NCBI RefSeq assembly: GCF_902713615.1
Contig: NW_024055461.1
Span: forward strand, 4,040,940 to 4,104,939
DNA length: 64,000 nt
Reading direction: 5' to 3'
Origin: Scyliorhinus canicula
Taxonomy: Eukaryota
Shown here: positions 23,360 through 33,071 of the stretch, in pieces
How positions within the stretch are numbered: position 1 is the first letter of the stretch
Layout: every line of letters begins with the position of its first letter
Notes under the pieces: generated by a model
Seen by the model: the letters and a program-made list of their open reading frames with translations, nothing else
Told to the model about the DNA's origin: nothing
Database searches by the model: none
Made by a program: the position numbers and the translations under genes

Positions 23360-25550
23360 TGAGTGAGTAACAGAGTGAGGGTTGGAGAGTGAGAGGGGGT
23401 GAGTGAGTTGGGTGATTGAGGATATAAGAGTGTGGATGAGTCGGAGATAATGGTTGATTGACTGAGTGATGGTAAATGGTGAGGGTGTGTCACTAAGGGT
23501 GAATGACTCAGGGTGGGTGAGGGCAGTAAATGAGACGTGGAAAATAAGTGAGGCCGAGTGAGTAAGTTTCGGAGTTGAGTTTGTTAGTGCAGTCGTGTAG
23601 TGAACATGAGAGCGAAGGTGAGTGAGTGAGGGTGGGAGAGTCAGGATGGGTTACTGTGGGTGAGTGACTGGGTGGGTGACTGAGTGAGAGTGAATGAGTG
23701 AGAGTGAATGAGTGAGGTGAATGAGTGAGGGTGACTGAGTGAGGGTGAATGAGTGAGGGTGAATGAGTGAGAGTGAATGAGTGAGGGTGAATGAGTGAGG
23801 GAGAATGAGTGAGGGTGACTGAGTGAGGGTGAATGAGGGAGGGTGAATGAGTGAGGGTGAATGAGTGAGGGTGAATGAGTGAGGGTGAATGAGTGAGGGT
23901 GAATAGGTGAGGGTGAATGAGTGATGGTGAATGAGTGAGGGTGAATGAGTGAGAGTGAACGAGTTACGATGAATGAGGTTGTATGAGTGTGGCTGAGTGA
24001 TTGAGGTGTTTAACTAAGAATTAGCGGATGAGCTTGGTTGTGTGAGGGATATGAGCGGCGAGAATGAGTGTGGGTGGGTGAAAATGAGGCAGTGAATGTG
24101 AGTGGGTGCGTGACTGAGGGTGATTTAATGAGGTTGGGTGAGTAAGGGTGAGCGAGTTAATGAGGGCGTGTGAGTGAGTGTGGGTGAATAAGGATGAGTG
24201 AGTGTGCGTAAGTGAGGGTGAGTGAGTAAATGTAAGTGAATGACAGTGTGTGAGTGTGAGTGCGAGTGGGTGAAAGAGGGTGGGTTAATGATGGTGTGTG
24301 AGTAAGGCTGGGTAAATGAGTGTGCATGGGGGTATGTGGGTGAGCGAGGGTGTGTGAATGAGTGCGAGGGCAGTGTCAGTGCGTAAGAGTGAGTCAGTGT
24401 GGGTGGGTGAATGAGGGTGAGTGAGTGAGGATGGGTGATTGAGTCAGGTGAGAGACTGAATGAGGGTGGGCGAAAATGAGTGAGGGCGGGCGTGTGAGGG
24501 TGGGTGAGTCAGTGAGTGATGGTGGGTGACTGAGTGAGGGTGAATGTGAGTGAGTGATGAGGGTAGTGTGAAGGTGAGTGAATTAGGTTGGTCAATGAGG
24601 GTGAGATAGTGATGGTGAGTGAGGGTGTGTGAGGGTTTGTGAGCGAGTGTGTGTGTGTGAGTGAGTGGTGAGGGTAGTGTGAAGGTGAGTGACTTAGGTT
24701 GGGCTAGTAAGTGTGAGCCAATGAGGGTGAGTGAGGGTGTGTGAGTGAGTAATTGTGTGTCTGTGAGTGTGTCTGTGTGAGTGAGTGATGGTGTGTATTT
24801 GAGTGAGTATGTGCGAGAATAAGTGTGTGAGTGAGTGTGTGTGAGTGAGGGTGTGTGACTGAGTGAGGGTGAGGGAACAGGTGAGTTAGGGTTGATGAGT
24901 TAGAGTGGGAGCGTACCATTGGCTGAAAGAGGGCGAGTGAGCGTGTGGGCCTGAGTGGGTGAGTGAGATTGGCAATGTGTGTAAGGGAGAGTGTGCAAGT
25001 GTGTGTGAGTGTGTGACAGAAAGTGTATGAGAAAGACAGCATGTGAGAGACAGGGTGTGTGTGTGTGTTGGCAAGAGACCCTTTGTATAAGTGTGTGTGT
25101 GAGAGTGTGTGTAAGAGAGAGAAAGGATATGTGTGAGAAATAGAGTGTGTGGGAGAGAGACAGTGTGTGAGAGGCTGGATGCGAGTGTGTGGAAAAGTAA
25201 GTGCGCGAAAGAGATAAAGTGTGCGCATTTATCTGTGGGAGTGTGCATGTGGGAGAGAGGGGGCGGAGATGAGAGAGAGGGTGTGAGATGATGTATGTGT
25301 GAGACAGATTCGTGTGTCTGACAGAATATCCAAGAGAGTGGTAGTGTGCGTGAGAGTTGGTCAGAGAGAAAAAGTGTGTGAGTGCAAAAAATGTGTACTT
25401 GTGTGAGAGTGTATTTCTGTGCAAGGAAGTGTTTGAGTTTGTGTGTGTGAGCATTTTCTCTGTGGGTGTGTGAGAGTGTGGTAAGAACGAGAGTGCGTAT
25501 TTGTGCTTTGAGAGATTGTGTGTGAGAGAGAGAACAAGAGAATGTGTCTG
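23360..25550. repeat. GAGT/GT-rich low-complexity tract, including 14-bp repeat (GAGTGAGGGTGAAT)n at about 23690-23960
   Basis: Directly visible. The His/Thr/Leu-rich ORFs at 24704-25904 are artefacts. Confidence 0.92.
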
Positions 25551-25552
25551 AT

Positions 25553-25715
25553 AAAAGCAAATTATTGCCGATGCTGGAATCTGAAACAAAAATAGAAAAT
25601 ACTGCAAAATCTCAGCAGGTTTGACAGCATCTCTGGAGAGAGAAGAAAACTTCCTTCTGCCCCTTCTCTCTCCACAGATGCTGTCAGACCTGATGAGAAT
25701 GTCCAGCATTTTCTG
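25553..25715. mobile_element. Short palindromic non-autonomous element
   Basis: Inverted arms: ctcagcaggtttgacagcatctctggagagag versus ctctctccacagatgctgtcagacctgatgag. Confidence 0.6.
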
Positions 25716-26069
25716 AGTGTTTGAAAGTCTGTTTGTGTGTGGGTGTGTGAGAGAAGCAGTGTGTGAGAGCGAGAGTGGAACTGTGTGTGTGAGACGGTGA
25801 GTGTATGTGTGACAAAGAATATGTAGATGTATGAGTGTGTGTGTGTACTTGTGTGAAAGAGTGTATGTGTCTGTCTGGCTCACTCCCAGTTTCCATATTC
25901 TCATTCACCCTCACACTCCACAAATATTCCCATCCACTCTCACAGTGAGTGTGGGCGACTCAGTCAGCATAATCCGGTTCGCGGACCATGGGCTGGACAA
26001 TCATTTAAATCGTTCACAGATACGTTGTCCATTGACTTTGTCAATTAACGTGCATAATTTCACCGAGCA

Positions 26070-26250
26070 ATGAAATGAAATGAAAATCGCTAATTGTCAC
26101 AAGTCGGCTTCAAATGAAGTTACTGTGAAAAGCCGCTAGTCTCCACATTCCGGCGCCTGTTCAGGGAGGCTGATACGGGAATTGAACCGTGCTGCTGGCC
26201 TGCCTTGGTCGGCTCTCAAAGCCAGCGATTTAGCCCTGTGTTAAATCAGC
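26070..26250 (-). mobile_element. SINE with (TTTCA)n tail
   Basis: (GAAAT)n followed by the same body as the 5185 fragment, with reverse-complement B box (gaattgaacc). Confidence 0.8.
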
Positions 26251-26499
26251 ATTTAGCTAAATCCCTAAATCACATTGCTAAATGGGGCAATATGTTTCCA
26301 GATATCTGATTCGATAACTCGCAGCTTGTTAGTTCGATGTTTATTCTGTCTACTTGACCTCTGCGGGGAAAGGCCCTCAGGTCACGCACAGGTCATTTTA
26401 AGATATAAAATAAAGTCCCCACTCCTCCTCACAAAAGCTCCTATCTCCCGCTGCAAGGATGGAGATACAATGCTGGTCTGATATAAAATAAAACATCTG

Positions 26500-27090
26500 C
26501 TACATTGTCGAGCGACAAGAGCCTGTCAGAGACTGGGAATTCTGTGTCAGGTAATTCAAAACCTATCTCCCAAAGGCATTTTACCATCCACAAGTCTGGT
26601 CTGTGATTGAATCACTTCCACTTCTCTCAATGATTGAACCACAAAATAAACTGCAGAAATTCAACATTGTCCAGGACAAAGCCGACGCCAAATTAGCCCC
26701 ATTCACTGTCTTAAACATTCACTCCCTCCATCACTGACAAACGTTGGCAGCAGTGTGGGTGATATACAAGATGCACTGCAGCAACCCTCCAAGGCTTCAT
26801 CGAAAATGCCTTCCAAACACCCAACCTCTACCACCTAGAAGGACAAGGGCAGCAGATGCATGGGAACACCACACCTGCACTTTACTTCCAAGCCACACAC
26901 CATCCTGACTTAAAACTGTCCCGATTCCTTCACTGTTGCTTGGTCAAAATGGTGAAAATCTCTCCGTCACAGCACTGTGGATGTATCTACACCACATGGA
27001 CTGCAGCTATGCAAAAAAGTGATTCACATCAACACTTTCTCAAGGGGCAATTAGATAGCAAAAGCTGGCCTCACCAGCGACTATAACATC
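26500..27090 (+). mobile_element. Ancient LINE 3' relic (CR1/L2-like)
   Basis: Decayed cattcactccctccatcac...aagatgcactgcagcaac...ctagaaggacaagggcagcagatgcatgggaacacc motifs, related to 35540-36770. Confidence 0.6.
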
Positions 27091-27150
27091 CTGATTAAGA
27101 TTAAATGTAAAATACAGAATAATTTGTCTCTTTTCTTGCGCCATTAAATA

Positions 27151-27654
27151 GTAAGAAGTCTTACAACACCAGATTAAAGTCCAAAAGTTTTCATTCAAAC
27201 ACGAGCTTTCGGAACACTGCTCCTTCCTCAGGTGAATGGCGAGGTATGTTCCAGAAACATGTATACAGACAAAGTCAGAGATGCCAGACAATGCTTGGAA
27301 TGCGAGCATTTGCGGGTAATCAAATCATTACAGATCCAGAGATAGGGGGTGATCCCAGGTTAAAGAGGTGTGAATTGTCTCAAGCCAGGACAGTTGGTAG
27401 GATTTTGCAAGGATCACTCCCTATCTCTGGATCTGTAATGATTTGATTACCCGCAAATGCTCGCATTCCAAGCATTGTCTGGCCTCTCTGACTTTGTCTA
27501 TATAAATGTTTCTGGAACATACCTCTCCATTCAGCTGAGGAAGGAGCTGTGCCCCGAAAGCTCGTGTTGAAACAAACCTGTTGGACTTTAACCTGGTGTT
27601 GTAAGACTTCTTACTGTCCTCACCTCAGTTCAACGCCGGCATCTCCACATCATG
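27151..27654. mobile_element. Penelope-derived inverted-repeat insertion with flanking direct duplication
   Basis: Arms 27151-27355 and 27411-27614 are reverse complements. GCCATTAAATA flanks both sides (27140-27150 and 27655-27665). Confidence 0.88.
27194..27238 (-). ncRNA. Minimal hammerhead ribozyme, in sense orientation within the IgM J-C intron
   Basis: Minus strand TTCAC CTGAGGA A GGAGC AGT GTTCC GAAA GCTC GTG TT TGAA. Confidence 0.65.
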
Positions 27655-29543
27655 GCCATTAAATAGGATAAGGACTGTTATGACAAGGAATAAAAGAGAA
27701 TAAATCTCCCTCTGCATTGCCTACTCTAACATTCCAAAGGCAGATGCAGCAATGATTAAAAAGCAACCAGATCTCCTACACTACCTGGCATTTCTGAATT
27801 GTTCTTTCTGACTGTCACAATTTGGGGCAAGTATCTCAGTCTGAGGCGCCTCGTCAAACATAAAGTAAAACTTTCACATTCCTCACAGATACCATTTAAA
27901 AAAAAAGAAATCAGTCAAATTCCATCCCCTAAAATACAAGAGAATGAATTATTCAAGCTGTTTCATTCTAATTGATCAATGGTCAATTTACGACAACAAC
28001 AACTCAATAACTTCTTTGAAATTAAACTGATATTAATTTCAAAGCTTCCATCGCCTTTCAGATATTTCTCGCTGTATGTCTGAACTGAGCACAATGTATT
28101 TTCACTGAGAATGAGCACATTAAATATAACAGGTTCAGGGGAGTTTAATGACAGTGATCCAGTGATACGATAAGAAATAAAGAAACCAGGAAACATTCAC
28201 ATTTAAAACCGATTAGCTGATTTGATCTAATTAATTAATTAAATTTAATGAAATAAACAGGGCGAAACACTTCATCCACCTGAGTAAAGAAATTATTGTT
28301 TTCTAAATTAATTTTGGTTACAATTACAGATTCTCTAAATGCTTGACTGTCGGGGGGCATTTATGTTTAATTAGTTAGTACAAATATGTTATTGCCTGTT
28401 GGTTAATTGTCAATTAGGTGTCTTGTCAGATTATTTGCACTCTAATAAAAATAATAAAATGAGTTTTCTATAATTCAGAACTAGTTCCTGCCTGGAAGTT
28501 TGTTACAGCATCTGAGTTTAATTAAATCTTCAGCGATGCTAAACAATAAATATCAAATAACTGGATGGAAACATTCAAACATGTATAATATTTTTACTGA
28601 AAAATAACCATGTTTTAATGTTTAACTTTTTTGTTTTGAACTGCTCTGTATTAACCTACAAAAATGTTAACTATTAATATTTCTGAACGCATTGATAAAT
28701 CTTGAATTTCATCTATTCACAGAGTGTAATTCTCAAGATAAGTCTATGAGTGCAATATTTCAAATACTTTCAACTGGGCTGACATCGCGAAAACTGTCCC
28801 TGTGAGGTGTGATGGCATTACATCATCTGTTTGTTAAAGCGAGACTCCCGAGTTTCTAAACTGTCGCATATAAACTATATATATAAATAAATAAAGTGGC
28901 AGGCTGTTTGTGATCAATTAAAGTGCTTCCTAGATTTAATAACTCGACTAATCTCTGTAATTTAATTATTAAAATTATTATGAAAGGAGATCCAAATTAA
29001 TTAGTGTAAAATACGGTTAAAACTGTTCATTCAGATCCTCTACAAAACTAAACATGACGAGCAACTGGAGTAAAGATATTGTTACTCAATTTAATATTTA
29101 ATATAAATAAGCATGCGGCTCAGATATAATCTGTCCTCCTGTTCTGTAATTTGTCTTTCATATACTTCTATTCCATATACAGCACAGTTGTGCGAAACAG
29201 GGTATTATTATTTATTGCAAAGCTAATACTGTGTGTAATTAAATTAATCTCTTTGAATTTCAAGCTTTTACTTGTCAATCTCCTGCCCAATGCAGTCTGA
29301 ACATTCTTCCAATTCAAATAAAATCATATGAACAATTCCTTCACTGTCAGTGGCTTCCAGGTCGCAGAAAACTCTTTATGATTAGATTAATGACAATTAT
29401 CTCACTATCCAACTATAAATGGCATTGAAGGAATCATGAATCATAATGAAGAAGCAGAATCATATAGTTGTGGCTGCACAGAAATAATATAACAATCGGA
29501 CACATAAATTGCAAATTGCAAAGTTAAACTCCTATTTAAGTAA

Positions 29544-29551
29544 ATGCAAAT
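29544..29551 (+). promoter_or_regulatory. Octamer ATGCAAAT in the J-C intron; candidate intronic-enhancer element
   Basis: Perfect octamer about 1.6 kb downstream of JH in an AT-rich region. Could occur by chance. Confidence 0.35.
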
Positions 29552-31117
29552 GTTATCGGGGATATACAAATTAAAGCAAAAATCTCTTGTGCAACTGAAC
29601 ACTGCTGTAGAATCGGTACGGTCTGATTAATCTGTAATCATCAATTAAACATTTTAAAACGCCCGAATATATCTTTAATTATTTTGTTCATTTCCGAAAC
29701 CTGCCTCTTTTCTCCCTACAATCGCATTTCAAGCAGGTTCAAACAATTAGAATGCATTGTGCTAGAAAACATGTAACTGTCAATATCACCGAGTTTAAAC
29801 AATGTAGAAACACCAAACCGGTTTTTAAAATCACCCAGACACATAATCCCCTCAGCAGGAAAACACCAAAACTCATCACTGAGGGACTGAAACCCGTTTG
29901 CTGGAGAAGCAGCTCAATTCCACATTGAACACAATCAAACGTAACATTTCAAAAACATCTCAATATCGAATCCAGCAGACAAGCTCGCCACCAAATGTAT
30001 GAATTATCAAATAAATAAAAATATGGAATAAAAGCAGTATCATTGTGAGGAAGTAGGACAGGTCCAAAAATAATATTGAAACTTTACGATATTTTATTCA
30101 TATTGGGCTATATTGAAACATATTTAAATATTTAATGTTTGCAGGAGATGGTAAAAGCTGCAACCATCAGATGCCACCGTGATGAAACATTGCTGAGAAG
30201 CGAGGCTGTGATAGCAGGAACAAATTATGTTTGGAAGGAGCATCTAAAACTGTAATTTATTTTAATCTGCAAATAGTACTTTTGAAAAACCTAATATCTT
30301 GTCTGTTTTTAGCCTATAATCATGCGTCAAGCAGTTTCAAACGCGTGTATTGTTTTCATCCAATTACAAAACATGTAGCCGCTCAATATCATCGAGTTCA
30401 AACAACGCAGAAACAATACAGAAACAATGCTGAAACGTCACACCGCTTCACAGATTTTACTTATTCAAAGTTACCCAGACATAATCTCCTCAGCTGATAA
30501 ACACCAAATCACATCCCCGAGAGGTTAAACCTCGATTCACGGAGAAGCAGCTCAATTCTACAAACACTTTGAACAGAATCAAACATAACATTTGAAGACA
30601 ATCTCAATGAGAACCCACCAAATCCGCCAGTCACCAAGTGAATTAATTGTTACCCTAAACAGAAATGTGGAATAAAAGCGGCAAAATTGTGCGTAAATGG
30701 AACATATTTAATAAATGAACACAGAAAATTTCGCATATTTTGTGAATATTGGGTTAGATTTTTAACACTTGGTGGTAAAACTTGCAGCCACCAGATGTCA
30801 CCGAGATTAATCATTGCAGAAACGCCAAACTTTTTAACAGTCGTTGGATATTGAAAGTAACCCGGTTACACAGTATCCTCAGTAAATAACCACCAAATCA
30901 TAACAACCAGGGACTGAATCCCTCAACAGAAACTTTTGTCAAGAGGCAGAATAATTCTCTTTCCCCTTTTCAGCAAAATCGTATGAAACATTGCAAAACA
31001 ACGCAATACAAAATCCAGCAAACTATAATTCAGCGAACGAATGAATTGTTAACTTAGAGAAAAATATAAAACTAAGACTCAAGTAAAACAGTGAGTAAAT
31101 AATTGCACGGTTCTTAC

Positions 31118-31165
31118 CTGCAGTCACCGTCACCATGGTCCCTTGTCCCCAGTAGTCTAGATAGT
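31118..31165 (-). CDS. IGHJ: JH gene segment (YLDYWGQGTMVTVTA)
   Basis: WGQG motif; GTAAG donor at 31113-31117. Confidence 0.97.
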
Positions 31166-31204
31166 CACAGTGTCACATTCCCTGGGCAGTTCCATACAAT
31201 AACC
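31166..31204 (+). promoter_or_regulatory. 23-bp-spacer RSS of JH
   Basis: CACAGTG + 23 nt + ACAATAACC. Confidence 0.95.
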
Positions 31205-31511
31205 GCACCTGCACAAAATAGACAGAAATCCACTTTATTTTAAATATTCACAAACCAGCAGCAAAAGAAAGCCAAGGTGAATGTTCATGAAATTATAATT
31301 GTATTTGTGGATATCGCTTGCTCTTCATAAATGTTTTACATTAAGAACATGTTATTGAAATCACCAACTGATTGGCGAATAATTATCACAGATTTTCCAC
31401 ATTTCTTCTTATCATTTGGACAGAGATGGATATATAAATAATACTTCACTATGAATAAAGTTGGATTGTAAAAGGGATCACTGAGTCAGCCTCAGTTCAT
31501 TAGTGCTGAGG

Positions 31512-31539
31512 GGATTTTGTATTGACACTAGCTAGTGTG
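31512..31539 (-). promoter_or_regulatory. 12-bp-spacer RSS 3' of the joined V-D(D)
   Basis: CACACTA + GCTAGTGTCAAT (12 nt) + ACAAAATCC on the minus strand. Confidence 0.85.
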
Positions 31540-31874
31540 CCCCCGCCCCCCCCACACCCCAGGTATCTGGTATCTTGCGCAGTAATAGACGGCGGTGTTT
31601 TCGGTCTTTAGGTTCCTCATGTCCAAAGAGAAGATGTTGTTTGAAGTGTCTTTGGACGCAGTAAATCGATCCTTAATTGCTGGGGTATAGATGTTGTCTG
31701 ATGAACTATAATAATATACCAAGCCCTCCAGCGCCTGTCCGGGAAGCTGGCGGAACCAGCTCATGTAGCCACTGCCAAGATTGAAGCCGCTGGTTTTACA
31801 GGTCAGTGTCAGGGAGCCTCCGGGACGCCCGGTCTCTGCCTCCGGCTGAGTCAACACAACATCCGACTGGACAC
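31540..31874 (-). CDS. IGHV: VH exon pre-joined to D/N sequence (VD(D)); open reading frame
   Basis: [101 protein letters not shown], then 33 nt ([11 protein letters not shown]). No 23-RSS after CAR. Confidence 0.95.
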
Positions 31875-32003
31875 CTGTAAAAATATATCAAAAAGCCCGA
31901 GGATTAATGCTGGTGAAATGATTGGTGACTCTGGGAACATTCCAGAGAGAGACTAACACTGAGACAGTAACAGTGAGAGACTTGGACAATAAAAACTACT
32001 CAC

Positions 32004-32049
32004 GGGATAAGAAAGTCAGCAACAAACTGAGAGAAATGGCCCACCTCAT
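32004..32049 (-). CDS. IGHV: VH leader exon (MRWAISLSLLLTFLS); an upstream in-frame ATG lies at 32061
   Basis: 46 nt, phase 1, GTGAGT donor, 129-nt intron to the V exon. Confidence 0.93.
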
Positions 32050-32140
32050 CCTTCTGGTCATTTGGGGGAAATGGTTGTGTCAGGAATTCAGTGAACAAAC
32101 CAGCTCCCGGACTGTTGGATTCGGGTCCCAGTGAGCGGCA

Positions 32141-32167
32141 TTTAAATACCCGGCAGAAGGGGGCGGC
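32141..32167 (-). promoter_or_regulatory. Putative VH core promoter (TATTTAAA plus GC box)
   Basis: TATA-like element about 80-90 nt upstream of the ATG and gggggcggc nearby. No octamer seen in the proximal region, consistent with what is known of shark VH promoters. Confidence 0.5.
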
Positions 32168-32873
32168 TTTCCAGGCGCCGCCTGTTGATTCCCTGGTGGA
32201 GGCGGCGACTGGATCCACGTCCCACCTTCCACACCCCCAACAGAATGGACACAGAGATTTACTATATGTTATTGTTAAAGTAGACATTTATCTGTATCGG
32301 GATATTTGTTTGAATGGATTCATTTTATTATCTGTAATCTGAAATTATATTTTCGCATCTGTTAATAAAAGTTAATTTCATTGTAAATTCAGTCCCTTTA
32401 TTTCTGCACTCCATCATAAGTGGATGAACAGAAACAGATTAACTATATTATGATGAAATGACGTCTGTCTGTCTGATTTGCAACAACTCCGGGTCTCTAT
32501 CCAATTAAAATAATAATTTATAATTTATCAGCAGAATTGTTCTCGATTTCGGTAACTAAATACGGGCAATGAATAAAGTGATTCTATTTAAAGTATGCAC
32601 GGTTATCATTAAATAATGTAGGTCTAGTGCCAAGAAGAAACTCTAACAATACACAATGTTTCTCCTCGTATTTCTCGAACTGTCCATGAGCCTCAGACAG
32701 TCCTGTGAACATTAGCGGTAAAATAACCCGCTTGCCTGATAATTCAGCAGTGAGTTGACAGAGAGACATAAAATTCACATCAGCTTTTGACAGAGAAGTT
32801 AATGAATCGGAACGGACGCGGCGATCAGCAAAGTTATCCTTCAGCATCCAAATCATTGCCGCTAATTTTACTG

Positions 32874-33071
32874 TAAGAAGTCTTACAACACCAGGTTAAA
32901 GTCCAACAGGTTTGTTTCAAACACGAGCTTTCAGAGCGCAGCTCCTTCCTCAGAAAGCTCGTGTGCGCTCCGAAAGCTCGTGTTTGAAACAAACCTGTTG
33001 GACATTAACCTGGTGTGGTAAGACTTCTTACTGTGCTTACCCCAGTCCAACGCCGGCATCTCCACATCATG
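32874..33071. mobile_element. Short Penelope-end inverted insertion with 13-bp flanking duplication
   Basis: GCTAATTTTACTG at 32861-32873 and 33072-33084; two head-to-head Penelope termini. Confidence 0.88.

Noticed and set aside
24704-25904. His/Thr-rich ORFs of 174-334 aa
   Set aside because: Translations of (CA)/(CT)-rich low-complexity DNA.
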